A stretch of DNA of 64,000 bases from Eubacteriales bacterium (GCA_045587385.1 JAZNCE010000124.1:58210-122209), one strand, 5' to 3'. Positions 10,781-20,643 are shown, numbered from the stretch's first letter. Numbers and translations: made by a program. Notes: generated by a model from the sequence alone, not told the origin.

Positions 10781-11959
10781 TTATACTTCACAAAGAGCTT
10801 TCTCGATTTCTTTAACCGCGTTTTTATACCGTTCCGACCTTGTGAAATCATTATCTTCGCTTGAATACAAGCCACTAAAACTAAACGCCCAATGAGGTGT
10901 TTTTTCAGCAAAGAACTTGTAATCTGACAAAATTTCTTTATCCTTTGTCGTTCCTTTTACCCATGCATACATTTCACACGCAGTTTTTGCCGCTTTGTCA
11001 AGTGCTGTATATGCAGCATCGTAATCGGTATCCAACAAATACATTTTGCACATCATAGTGTATGCCGTGATCAGATAGCAATAGGGCATCTTTTCATAAG
11101 AATTTACAGCAAGCGTTGTAGCATCCAAATACAAAGATACTGCTGCTTTGGAAACGCTTTCGGCGTGCTCCAACACTGAGATGGATTTGTCTTTCTCATA
11201 CATACCGGAAATTGCGCTTTCATACAATGCCCTCAAATAATCCAAGCATTTTTCTTTGTCTGCGATCAATTTCACTTGATTTGCCCTGTCAATTGCTTTT
11301 TGAGCGTATAACACTTTGCCTTGTGCCGCGCATTTGATTCCGCAGGTTTCCGGAAGCATTTCAACGAAGTGCAGAGCTTCATCAAAGTTATCGTCCAAGA
11401 GCAAAAGCTCGATCATCAACTGATTGGCATTTATCTGAAGCTCTATAACCAAGGTGTTGTTACAAATCGAAGAAAGCATTGATTTGCACTGAGTGTAGAT
11501 TGATTCATAGGTATCTGCTTCAATATGGAATTTTCCTCTTACCTTGCCTACCAAAAGATAATCGTATAAAGCCAACGCGCACTTGTATTTTACCTCGTAA
11601 TCGGTAGGATACCTGCGCAGATACTCCTTATACAGATTGGCGACTAACAAATCGGCGTTGTTTTCTTTTGTATTGACGGAATAATTAGCCCAAACTGTAC
11701 TCACATTGCGGATAAGTGTTTCATGATCGGATTTCTCGTCAAATCCGACTCCAAGTAAATAATCGGTTGAAACGCAAAGGATACTTGCAAGCGGAACAAT
11801 TTGAGATATATCCGGCATTGTGTTGTTACATTCCCAGTTGGATATAGACTGAACCGAAACACCAATGTGTTCTGCAAGCATAGCTTGCGACAAGCCTGCA
11901 TCCGTGCGCAGCTTTTTAATTTTTTGACCAAAATTCAACATATTCATTCCTTCTTTCAT
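10781..11959 (-). CDS. XRE-family HTH regulator with long helical-repeat (TPR-like) C-terminal domain
   Basis: N-terminus FGQKIKKLRTDAGLSQAMLAEHIGVSVQSISNWE is a Cro/C1 HTH, followed by about 300 aa of alpha-helical repeats rich in Y/L/A. The better-spaced RBS suggests the start at 11941 (MLNFGQ...). Confidence 0.75.
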   Translation of the reverse strand: MKEGMNMLNFGQKIKKLRTDAGLSQAMLAEHIGVSVQSISNWECNNTMPDISQIVPLASILCVSTDYLLGVGFDEKSDHETLIRNVSTVWANYSVNTKENNADLLVANLYKEYLRRYPTDYEVKYKCALALYDYLLVGKVRGKFHIEADTYESIYTQCKSMLSSICNNTLVIELQINANQLMIELLLLDDNFDEALHFVEMLPETCGIKCAAQGKVLYAQKAIDRANQVKLIADKEKCLDYLRALYESAISGMYEKDKSISVLEHAESVSKAAVSLYLDATTLAVNSYEKMPYCYLITAYTMMCKMYLLDTDYDAAYTALDKAAKTACEMYAWVKGTTKDKEILSDYKFFAEKTPHWAFSFSGLYSSEDNDFTRSERYKNAVKEIEKALCEV

Positions 11960-12149
11960 GGTTTGATTGAAAGATCGTAGCTACTCTTTCTGATGACATT
12001 ATAGCAACAAAAATGTAAAAATGAAATATAGCAAACCGTTACCGTGATTATAAATGTATTTATACACCAGATTGTAAAGGGCATATTCTCGCAAAGCAAG
12101 ACGCCGAGAGTAACCATAACGGCTGCTCTCGGCGGTGTATTTATTTGTA

Positions 12150-12872
12150 TCAGTCGTCAGATGCCTTTTGAGTGATCGAAATATTGAGGTTGCCGTTACG
12201 TACACGGATATCGTCAAGCAGCGCCTTTTGTGCGTCCTTATTCTTGAGGCGAATTCTGTAGCGCAGCTCGGTCAGCGTACCGTATTCTACAGACTTGACT
12301 CTCTCAAGGCTGTAGCTCTTGCAATGCTCCTTGAGAACAGGTTCAAATACACCTGCAAAATCAAGGGATTCGGGAATCATGATCGTAAGTCTCATTGCGC
12401 CGCCGCCAATGCTGTCAAATTTGGTCAGGGAAGCGATGAGAATAACTGCCAGGATAATACCGATTGCGATAAGAGCAAATCCGATACCGCCCGTACCGCA
12501 AGCCATACCGACTGCAGCGGAGAGATAAATAAAGATCAGATCGCTGGGATTTTCAACCGAGTGTCTGAAACGGATCAGTGCAAGACCACCACCAATGGAG
12601 ATCGCACGCGCCAGGTTAGAACCTACTGCAATAACGATAACGGAAACGATAGGACCCATCAAAAGAATGGTGAACAGCGACTTAGTGGAATATGCTTTTT
12701 TGCGATTGACGAATAAGTAAACTAAAGTAACGAGGAAAGACAAACCAATACTTGAGCCAATCAGCGCAAGAGTTTTGCCAAGAGTCAAAGTTGACACACC
12801 GGTAGTCGCGGTGTCGTAATAAATCTGGATATTGACCAGAAGCTGGTTAAAAAAGTTTTCTAAAGCCTGCAT
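12150..12872 (-). CDS. DUF4956-type membrane protein
   Basis: 240 aa. About 4 TM helices followed by a soluble C-terminal tail. The sequence pattern and its position directly downstream of a VTC-domain gene match the usual VTC/DUF4956 pairing. Confidence 0.6.
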   Translation of the reverse strand: MQALENFFNQLLVNIQIYYDTATTGVSTLTLGKTLALIGSSIGLSFLVTLVYLFVNRKKAYSTKSLFTILLMGPIVSVIVIAVGSNLARAISIGGGLALIRFRHSVENPSDLIFIYLSAAVGMACGTGGIGFALIAIGIILAVILIASLTKFDSIGGGAMRLTIMIPESLDFAGVFEPVLKEHCKSYSLERVKSVEYGTLTELRYRIRLKNKDAQKALLDDIRVRNGNLNISITQKASDD

Positions 12873-12887
12873 ATTTGAAATTCTCCT

Positions 12888-13637
12888 TTACATGAATCCT
12901 GTCAACAAAAATTCTTCAATACCGTTATTTTTCAGTACGTTCTTTTTCAGATCCGTTCCGATCTTGGAAAAGGTGTGGAAGGTCAGCTCATACTCATTCA
13001 TAATCTGTACGAACCAATAGGGAACTGCGCCTGCGAATTTAACCTCTACGATCATCTTATCGGGTGGCAACAGCGGTTCACCGTATCTTCCGCTCTCTAA
13101 AGTAAGATCATGACGCCTTGAAAGTATGTCAAAATCAAACGTTACACGGAAATCGGGATCTTCCTTACCATGGTATGCATACCGCAGATAACTGACGTAT
13201 GCAACCGGTTCTACGGGCGTGTGCGAAAGATAGTACTCAATCTCGCGCAGCACCTGGGTGTTTATGTACTTGGTGTCCTTGGGATATTCGCGCCGTTCCA
13301 GAAAGTCATACACCTCTTGCAGCGTGATTTTGGCGCGACGCTTTGTACCAATGCCGTTTTGCTTACGTTTGATCTCCAAAAACACCTTGGTGTCAAGATC
13401 AGGCGTATCGTAACTGCGCAGCCTGAGCTTTTCTTTGTACTTGGGCAGCTGCACCGAATTTCTGATTACGTCATTGTGCTCGTTGTCAAAATACAGATTA
13501 CAGATCATGTACGGCTTACCGTCCTTGTTATAGGGGTCGGCATTCATGTATTCCTCAATGCGTTGCTTGAGCGGCTCCATCAGAGAAGCATCAATGATAA
13601 TCTTCTTCTCTCGCCGTTGAAACGTATTTCCTGCCAA
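12888..13637 (-). CDS. VTC-domain (polyphosphate polymerase-like, triphosphate tunnel) protein
   Basis: 249 aa. REKKIII, YMICNLYFD, LRLRSY, FLEIKRK and IVEVKF strands are characteristic of CYTH/VTC tunnel folds. Confidence 0.6.
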   Translation of the reverse strand: MAGNTFQRREKKIIIDASLMEPLKQRIEEYMNADPYNKDGKPYMICNLYFDNEHNDVIRNSVQLPKYKEKLRLRSYDTPDLDTKVFLEIKRKQNGIGTKRRAKITLQEVYDFLERREYPKDTKYINTQVLREIEYYLSHTPVEPVAYVSYLRYAYHGKEDPDFRVTFDFDILSRRHDLTLESGRYGEPLLPPDKMIVEVKFAGAVPYWFVQIMNEYELTFHTFSKIGTDLKKNVLKNNGIEEFLLTGFM

Positions 13638-13715
13638 AGCGTCACCTCCTTATACAATCTTCGCATATTTTAGCACAAACAATTGAATTAAGATTGAACA
13701 TGACGTGAATGAAAT

Positions 13716-13745
13716 ATGACTTTTGCACAAAAAGCACAAAAGTCA
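13716..13745 (-). terminator. stem-loop after argH
   Basis: ATGACTTTTG...CAAAAGTCAT 10-bp inverted repeat followed on the minus strand by a T-rich tract. Confidence 0.5.
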
Positions 13746-13758
13746 TACTCAATAGCTC

Positions 13759-15135
13759 TCATAAATTCAAATATTTGCGCATATCTTCAATCTGCTCCAA
13801 TACACGCTCGGGTGCAGGACCACCATAGCAAGCGCGTTCTGCAACGCATATATCAGGGTCAATGGCTTTGTAAACGTCCTCTTCGAAAATAGGAGAAGCG
13901 ATATGATACTCATCAAGAGATAGCGTTTCAAGCGTTTTCTTATGTGCAATGCAATACGCAACCAATTGTCCTACGATCTTATACGCGCTACGGAAGGGAA
14001 GTCCTTTTTTGACCATATAATCGGCGCAATCCGTTGCGTTGATAAAGCCCTTTGAAACCGCTTCGCGCAATATTGCCACCTTGAAGGTCGCTGTATCCAG
14101 CATAGCAGCAAACAATTCAAGGCAGATCTTAGCTGTATCCACAGCATCAAATACCGCCTCCTTGTCCTCCTGCATATCTTTGTTGTATGCGAGCGGAATG
14201 CCTTTCATAACGGTGAGCAGCGTTGTCAGATCCCCATATACACGCCCTGTCTTACCGCGCACCAGCTCGGCAATATCGGGGTTTTTCTTTTGGGGCATAA
14301 TGGACGAGCCGGTAGAAAAAGCGTCATCCAGATCAACAAATCCGAATTCGGAAGACGACCAAAGAATGATCTCTTCCGAAAAACGCGACAGGTGCATCAT
14401 CAGGATCGAAAGGGCGCTGAGAAGCTCAATTGCATAATCGCGATCGGAAACACCGTCCATGCTGTTTTGACACACGCTGTCAAAACCGAGCAGATCTGCA
14501 ACCATAAAGCGATCAATGGGATAGGTTGTACCTGCCAGCGCACAAGAGCCCAGAGGCAAAACATTCATATTCTTAGCGACGTCATCAAGTCTGCGCATGT
14601 CACGCGCAAGCATTTGCCCGTAAGCCATGAGATAGTGTCCCAACGTGACCGGTTGTGCACGTTGCAGGTGCGTATATCCGGGCATAATATCGGCTGCATG
14701 CTGCTCGGACTTATCACAAATGACGTCGATCAAATGTAATAACATCGCCTTTAATTCGGCAATTTCATCACGCAGATACAAGCGCAGATCAAGTGCGACC
14801 TGATCGTTTCTGCTGCGCGCTGTGTGCAAACGCTTACCAACGTCACCGATGCGTGCGGTCAACTCACTTTCGATAAACATGTGAATATCTTCTGCATTCA
14901 TGTCAAACTCTAGCGTTCCTGCGCCAAGATCGTCGAGGATCTCGCCAAGCGTTTTACGGATCAGCGCAGCATCGTCTTCGGAAATAATACCGCATTTCCC
15001 AAGCATGGTTACGTGTGCGATGGAGCCCTTGATATCTTGCTTGTACATTCTGCAATCAAAGTGAATTGACGAATTAAAATCATTCACGCGGCTGTTAAGT
15101 TGCTTTTGAAAGCGTCCTGCCCACATAGTATTCAT
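13759..15135 (-). CDS. argH: argininosuccinate lyase
   Basis: 458 aa. MWAGRF start, fumarate-lyase signature GSSIMPQKKNPD, and TARSRNDQV. Confidence 0.96.
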   Translation of the reverse strand: MNTMWAGRFQKQLNSRVNDFNSSIHFDCRMYKQDIKGSIAHVTMLGKCGIISEDDAALIRKTLGEILDDLGAGTLEFDMNAEDIHMFIESELTARIGDVGKRLHTARSRNDQVALDLRLYLRDEIAELKAMLLHLIDVICDKSEQHAADIMPGYTHLQRAQPVTLGHYLMAYGQMLARDMRRLDDVAKNMNVLPLGSCALAGTTYPIDRFMVADLLGFDSVCQNSMDGVSDRDYAIELLSALSILMMHLSRFSEEIILWSSSEFGFVDLDDAFSTGSSIMPQKKNPDIAELVRGKTGRVYGDLTTLLTVMKGIPLAYNKDMQEDKEAVFDAVDTAKICLELFAAMLDTATFKVAILREAVSKGFINATDCADYMVKKGLPFRSAYKIVGQLVAYCIAHKKTLETLSLDEYHIASPIFEEDVYKAIDPDICVAERACYGGPAPERVLEQIEDMRKYLNL

Positions 15136-15194
15136 AGTAAAAAATCCTACCTTTCAATCAAACGAGGGGTGTCGTAAGACACCCCTTGGGGGAA

Positions 15195-16421
15195 TTATTT
15201 GTTCTTTTGTGCATCCAACATTGCCTTGACCTTGATGGGAAGACCGTACAGGTTGATAAATCCTGCAGAATCCTTTTGGTCGTATGCGCCGCCGTCCTCG
15301 CCAAACGATGCGATGGTTTCGCTGTAAAGGGAATTGGGGGAAGTAACGCCTGCATTGATAATGTTACCCTTATAAAGTTTGAGCTTGACATCACCGCTGA
15401 CGCTCTCCTGCGTCTTGTCCACAAATGCGGAAAGGGCTTCGCGCAGAGGGGTAAACCACTGACCGTTATACACCAGCTCACCAAACTTAATGGCGATCTG
15501 CTGCTTATAATGCTGCGTATCGCGATCCAGCGTGATAGATTCAAGCACCTTGTGTGCGTGATACAAAATTGTACCACCGGGCGTTTCGTAAACACCGCGG
15601 CTCTTCATACCGACAAGGCGATTTTCTACCAGATCCAAAAGACCGATACCGTGTGCACCGCCCAGCTCATTGAGTTTTTCAACAAGGGAAACACTATCCA
15701 TTTCAACACCGTCGATTGCGGTGGGAATGCCCTTATCAAACGTAATGGTCAAGTACGCCGGCGTATCGGGAGCCTGCTCGGGGCAAACGCCCATTTCCAA
15801 GAAACCGGGCTTTTGATACTGCGGCTCGTTTGCAGGATCTTCCAGATCCAACCCCTCGTGAGACAGATGCCAGATATTCTTATCCTTGGAATAGTTGGTC
15901 TCACGGCTAATTTTAAGAGGAATGTTATGTGCTTCGGCATAATCAATTTCTTCGTCACGGGATTTGATATCCCATACGCGCCAAGGAGCAATGATCTGCA
16001 TATCGGGCGCAAACGCCTTAATCGTCAGCTCAAAGCGCACCTGGTCGTTGCCCTTACCGGTACAACCGTGACAGATCGCATCTGCACCTTCCTTGATGGC
16101 AATCTCTGCAAGTCCTTTCGCGATACAGGGACGCGCGTGAGAGGTACCCAGCAGATACTCTTCGTAAGCCGCACCTGCTTTCAAACAGGGATATATATAA
16201 TTTTCAATGTAATCCTTCTTGAGATCCAGTACGTACAACTTAGAAGCACCGGTCTTGATCGCCTTTTCTTCCAGACCGTCAAGCTCAGTTCCTTGTCCGA
16301 CGTCACCGGATACTGCAATCACTTCACATCCGGGATAATTTTCTTTGAGCCACGGAATGATAATAGAAGTGTCAAGACCACCGGAATATGCGAGAACGAT
16401 TTTTTTGATTTGCTTTTTCAT
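15195..16421 (-). CDS. argG: argininosuccinate synthase
   Basis: 408 aa. [10 protein letters not shown]-loop-like motif and [13 protein letters not shown] signature. Confidence 0.96.
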   Translation of the reverse strand: MKKQIKKIVLAYSGGLDTSIIIPWLKENYPGCEVIAVSGDVGQGTELDGLEEKAIKTGASKLYVLDLKKDYIENYIYPCLKAGAAYEEYLLGTSHARPCIAKGLAEIAIKEGADAICHGCTGKGNDQVRFELTIKAFAPDMQIIAPWRVWDIKSRDEEIDYAEAHNIPLKISRETNYSKDKNIWHLSHEGLDLEDPANEPQYQKPGFLEMGVCPEQAPDTPAYLTITFDKGIPTAIDGVEMDSVSLVEKLNELGGAHGIGLLDLVENRLVGMKSRGVYETPGGTILYHAHKVLESITLDRDTQHYKQQIAIKFGELVYNGQWFTPLREALSAFVDKTQESVSGDVKLKLYKGNIINAGVTSPNSLYSETIASFGEDGGAYDQKDSAGFINLYGLPIKVKAMLDAQKNK

Positions 16422-16461
16422 GATAAACGCCTTTCAGTATTGCTAAGAAAAATATGAATAT

Positions 16462-16490
16462 ATTATACTGCATAAATATGAGAAATGCAA
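16462..16490 (-). promoter_or_regulatory. sigma-A type promoter of argGH
   Basis: Minus strand reads TTGCAT-17 nt-TATAAT, about 40 nt upstream of the argG start. Confidence 0.6.
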
Positions 16491-16509
16491 TAGTAATATT
16501 CAACAAATT

Positions 16510-16523
16510 TGCATATATATGCA
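16510..16523. promoter_or_regulatory. ARG-box-like palindrome (candidate ArgR/AhrC operator)
   Basis: Perfect 14-bp palindrome TGCATATATATGCA. Related half-matches TGAATATATTATAC (16455..16468) and TGCATAAATATGAG (16469..16482) overlap the promoter. Confidence 0.45.
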
Positions 16524-16610
16524 TGTGCAGAATGCCCAATCCAAGTCCATCAATTCCCATGATATATTCAGCAATTTTCGTTTATAATAAAGGAGAAAGG
16601 AGATGATGCA

Positions 16611-17405
16611 ATGAAACTTGGCAAGCTTTTCCGAGCATTCAGCAAATTATGTATATTTTTCACATTATGCATGATATTATGCATAAATGCGAGCGCTGAC
16701 TCATCCCAGCATTGGTATTGTAAGCGCACCGCAGATCATTCACAGCCCGGCATTGATACGGACATGCAATGGATCGAACAGGACGGCGGCACGTATCTTG
16801 ACAAGCATCACCAAAATTATAATGAAGACAAGGTCATTTACCTGACCTTTGACGCAGGATATGAGAACGGAAACATCGCAAAGATTCTGGACGTGATGCA
16901 AGAGCAAAACGTAACGGGGGCTTTTTTTATCCTCGGTAATCTGATCGAAAGAAACCCCGACCTTGTCAAACGCATGGCAGATCAAGGACATCTTGTTTGC
17001 AACCACACGTATACGCATAAAAATATCACTACCATGTCTCAAAGCGAGCTGAACGCCGAATTGGATCGTCTTGAAAACGCTTATCAGCAGCTGACAGGCA
17101 AGCCTATGGATAAATATTTCAGACCGCCGGAAGGCACTTTTGATCAGTCGTCGCTTAAGGTCGTATGCGACAGCGGCTACAAGACCGTCTTTTGGAGCTT
17201 TGCATATGCTGACTGGGACAATCATAAGCAAATGAGCCCGCAAGCCGCCAAGAAAAAGATCTTTGATAATCTGCACAATGGCGAGATCATGCTGCTGCAT
17301 CCGACATCGGCAACCAACGCACAAATTCTTGGCGAGGTCATCAGCGAATTAAAAAGCATGGGATACCGCTTTGGCACGCTGGATGAATTGGAGTTTGGAG
17401 CATGA
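16611..17405 (+). CDS. pdaA: delta-lactam-biosynthetic de-N-acetylase (polysaccharide deacetylase, PdaA-like)
   Basis: Signal/anchor sequence at the N-terminus. YLTFDAGYENGN, VTGAFFILGN and CNHTYTHK NodB motifs resemble B. subtilis PdaA. Confidence 0.75.
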   Translation: MKLGKLFRAFSKLCIFFTLCMILCINASADSSQHWYCKRTADHSQPGIDTDMQWIEQDGGTYLDKHHQNYNEDKVIYLTFDAGYENGNIAKILDVMQEQNVTGAFFILGNLIERNPDLVKRMADQGHLVCNHTYTHKNITTMSQSELNAELDRLENAYQQLTGKPMDKYFRPPEGTFDQSSLKVVCDSGYKTVFWSFAYADWDNHKQMSPQAAKKKIFDNLHNGEIMLLHPTSATNAQILGEVISELKSMGYRFGTLDELEFGA

Positions 17406-18082
17406 TAAAACGCGCGATCATCTGTATCATCCTTATAGGCAGCCTGATTTCGGGCTTCACTGTGCATAGTTGCGCCGTTGGCACAGACAATCAAAGCACC
17501 AAGAATAAACGCATCGCACTGACCTTTGACGACGGGCCGCACCCAAGACAGACAAAACAAATTTTGGACGTGCTGGATAAATACGGCATTAAGGCAACGT
17601 TTTTCGTCATCGGCGTCAACGTAAAGAACTATCCGGGAATTATCTTTGAGGTACTTGAACGCGGGCACGAAATAGGCAACCACACCACCACGCACTCACA
17701 TGCAGCAAGATTGGATCTGAATGCGCTGCAAACGGAAATTGCAGATTGTGAAAGGGAAGTATTGCTGCAAACAGGGAAGCGTTGCAAGCTGTTCAGACCT
17801 CCCGAAGGGGCTATGACAGATACGATGCGCAAGGTGGTCAAGGAGCTGGGCTACACCAGCGTGTTCTGGACGCTTGATACGCGGGATTGGGCGCATACTC
17901 CTCCGGATCAGATCAGTGATTATATCATACAGAATGCGAAAAACGGTGACATCATTCTGATGCATGACTATATAGGTGCAAACAGCCCTACCGTCAAGGC
18001 CTTGGAATCGTTTATTCCCATCCTCTTGGATCAAGGATTTACGTTCGTCACTGTCAGCGAGTTATTGCAAAGCAGCCAATAA
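17402..18082 (+). CDS. polysaccharide deacetylase family protein
   Basis: NodB motifs LTFDDGP, ATFFVIG, GNHTTTH and LMHD. N-terminal hydrophobic anchor. ATGA overlap with the upstream gene. Confidence 0.85.
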   Translation: MIKRAIICIILIGSLISGFTVHSCAVGTDNQSTKNKRIALTFDDGPHPRQTKQILDVLDKYGIKATFFVIGVNVKNYPGIIFEVLERGHEIGNHTTTHSHAARLDLNALQTEIADCEREVLLQTGKRCKLFRPPEGAMTDTMRKVVKELGYTSVFWTLDTRDWAHTPPDQISDYIIQNAKNGDIILMHDYIGANSPTVKALESFIPILLDQGFTFVTVSELLQSSQ

Positions 18083-18114
18083 AAATGCGACCGCATATAG
18101 CGGTCTCTTTTTGA

Positions 18115-19077
18115 TTATTCTTCGCCTGATTCATTTGCCGTAACTGTGATTGGATCGATCATATGCTTTTTGATAACCGGATATGCACAGTAAACAGAAA
18201 TAAAGGAAATAAAAGCAAACAAGAACAGGGCAGGGACAAAGATCAAGAACCCAAGATTATATTGCAAGCCAATAAATGCAAGTGCAGCCCACAAAGCAAT
18301 GCACAGGAATATGCCCAAGCCTGCCATCAAATTGCGCTTAATACCAAGAGCCGTAAAGATCAACGCATTTTTCAGCATTTTATAGATGGAAATATTGAAC
18401 GTGATCATCATCAAATACAGATACATACGCATAAACAGATACACGATGATCAGCGCTGTGACTGCAAAAAACATCAGGTATGACCAGTAGTTCGAGCGCA
18501 CGCTCCATGTATACATGAAGTCGATGATCAACACAATGATGATACCTGCATCCATAAGCCCGAGAATCAGTCCTTGCTTGAAATTCTTTTTGATAGCATA
18601 AAAGTAATCAGAAAAGATAAACACACCATCACCTCGCGCAAGACCGCGAAGAATATACGTCACACCGGTATTCTGCCATCCCCAGGTAATTGCCAGCACG
18701 CCCAAAAGCACGTAAGGCAGCCAGCTTGCGTAGGAATTATACGTGATAAAATTGACCTGAGGCAATACGTGCATCAGCTTGGTAAGTGTTTCTATACCGC
18801 CGGCGCCTGTCATTTGAGCGCCAATGAGTGCCGAATACGCAGGACTACTTACAGTAGGCATTTGCGGACCGTTAAAAAAGACGTAAACCGCGATCGCAAT
18901 TGGCAGCACCATGCCGAACATCATCAAATTCAACGTAAGCAGATTAGAAAACTTACGGAAGGTGAGCTTGAAGAAGTAGCTGAGATTCGGAGTTTTATCT
19001 TCACCGGGCTCAACACCGCGTCCGTCGCGATTCATATCAAAAATATTGGGAATTTTAAATTTCTTTTTCTTTTCCAA
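18115..19077 (-). CDS. DUF624/YesL-like integral membrane protein
   Basis: 320 aa with 6 or more TM helices. The N-terminal cytoplasmic segment followed by FFKLTFRKFSNLLTLNLMMF is typical of the YesL family. Confidence 0.55.
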   Translation of the reverse strand: MEKKKKFKIPNIFDMNRDGRGVEPGEDKTPNLSYFFKLTFRKFSNLLTLNLMMFGMVLPIAIAVYVFFNGPQMPTVSSPAYSALIGAQMTGAGGIETLTKLMHVLPQVNFITYNSYASWLPYVLLGVLAITWGWQNTGVTYILRGLARGDGVFIFSDYFYAIKKNFKQGLILGLMDAGIIIVLIIDFMYTWSVRSNYWSYLMFFAVTALIIVYLFMRMYLYLMMITFNISIYKMLKNALIFTALGIKRNLMAGLGIFLCIALWAALAFIGLQYNLGFLIFVPALFLFAFISFISVYCAYPVIKKHMIDPITVTANESGEE

Positions 19078-19125
19078 AACAGTGAATTCCTTTATAGTAT
19101 GATTTTGTATAATGTCAGGTTAGAA

Positions 19126-19887
19126 TTATGAATTCTGATGAAGCACCTCAAAGGCAATGACCGTAACAGCGGAAGCTGCCGATAATGACCCGTTGAAGGT
19201 TCGTCCGTAGTCTATGCGGACTATCTGATCAGCGCTGTCCAAAATACTTCTGGAAATGCCGCGCTTTTCGCCACCGATGACAAGCAACAAAGGCTTACGC
19301 AGATCCGCCTCATAAATGGTTTTCGAATCGCGAATACCCGCACACACAATGCGATATCCTGCGTTTTTAAATTGGCTGATAGCCGTCTCGGGGTCTGATA
19401 CGCGAATATCCAGCATTTCGGACGTTCCTGCGGAAGATTTTGCAACAATACCGGGTGCGCACATACAATTATGCGGCGGCAGCAGCACGCCGTCAACGCC
19501 TGCAGCGTACATAGACCTGATCGCAAAGCCAAGATTAAACGGATCCTCAATGCCATCAGCCAGCACCCAGAAGCCGTGATCGTCAAGATTGGTGCAGTCA
19601 GCAAATTCGCGGTCTCCGCAAAGCGCAATAATGCCGCCATGCGTATTACCTTGCGACATGCTGTCTATAACCTCGGCATTCACGAAAACAAGCTCATAAC
19701 CGTGTGTTTGAGACATAGCTTTCAGATAGCCGATCTCTTTATATTTATTTCGTTTTTTCGCAACGTCAATCAGAACTGCATGAATGTGTCTTGTATTGAC
19801 ACCGCTTTCGCGACCGTGTATCAAAGAAGAGATAGACGTCATGCCTTCCAATATGCAACTGTAAATGATATTACGAAATACCGGCAT
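19126..19887 (-). CDS. TrmH/SpoU-family RNA 2'-O-methyltransferase
   Basis: SPOUT C-terminal motifs LLLVIGGEKRGIS and NGSLSAASAVTVIAFE. Start chosen at MPVF, 7 nt after AAGGAG. The track ORF extends to 19914. Confidence 0.8.
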   Translation of the reverse strand: MPVFRNIIYSCILEGMTSISSLIHGRESGVNTRHIHAVLIDVAKKRNKYKEIGYLKAMSQTHGYELVFVNAEVIDSMSQGNTHGGIIALCGDREFADCTNLDDHGFWVLADGIEDPFNLGFAIRSMYAAGVDGVLLPPHNCMCAPGIVAKSSAGTSEMLDIRVSDPETAISQFKNAGYRIVCAGIRDSKTIYEADLRKPLLLVIGGEKRGISRSILDSADQIVRIDYGRTFNGSLSAASAVTVIAFEVLHQNS

Positions 19888-19967
19888 AAAGCATCTCCTT
19901 AAACACATAATCATTTGTTATAAAGCATATGATGAAAGCAGAAATCAGTAGCGAGAGGTACGGATAA

Positions 19968-20258
19968 ATGATGTACATATCTTCCGAAAAAGAACGTTGC
20001 GTATTACTTGCCAATTATATGATTGAAAATCAGGCTACGGTCAGAATCACCGCAGCAAGATTCGGAATCAGTAAAAGCACCGTACACAAGGACGTTACGC
20101 AGGTACTGCCGCACGTTAACAAATCCTTGTATCTGCACGTAAAAGAAATTCTCGACAAGAACAAGCAGGAACGGCATTTGCGAGGTGGGCAAGCAACCAA
20201 AAGAAAATACTTATCACAATCCAAACAATCAGGTAAAATCAGCCGGGGGAGTGCCTGA
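19968..20258 (+). CDS. spoIIID: sporulation transcriptional regulator SpoIIID
   Basis: 96 aa. TVRITAARFGISKSTVHKDVT HTH and HLRGGQATKRKY match SpoIIID. Confidence 0.9.
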   Translation: MMYISSEKERCVLLANYMIENQATVRITAARFGISKSTVHKDVTQVLPHVNKSLYLHVKEILDKNKQERHLRGGQATKRKYLSQSKQSGKISRGSA

Positions 20259-20643
20259 AAGGGCTTCGGGGACACATTTCGCTCCCCTACATTATACAAA
20301 ACTTTGATTTTGTATAATATTGTGTGTATTGATAAATAGTGCTCTTTTCTGCCGTATATTTCCGTTTTGCGTTATTTTTGCTTATATAACTTATATATTA
20401 TAGCATATATATTCCATAAATACAAGATGTCATCATAAAATTCACCTCTGAATCAAGGAAAATTTACATGTCAACAAGGCGATGCTGCCCTGTATGTCAA
20501 CCTCACTAAATTTCGCAATCAAAATCTGTGTAATATCCCGATTTTCATTTTTCCCCTTTACTCCCCTTTACTTTGTACGACGGAATGTGTTATAATAATA
20601 AAAATATTAACCGGTCCATTGCCGGTAAGGAGGATTTATTATT

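Noticed and set aside
11999-12217. 72-aa minus-strand ORF upstream of the XRE-TPR regulator, considered as a candidate signalling propeptide.
   Set aside because: It overlaps the 3' end of the DUF4956 gene and its terminator hairpin. It has no signal sequence or RBS and an aromatic low-complexity C-terminus.
15186-16457. 423-aa plus-strand ORF.
   Set aside because: It is exactly antisense to argG, which has AYSGGLDTS and GCTGKGNDQ signatures. No RBS or motifs.
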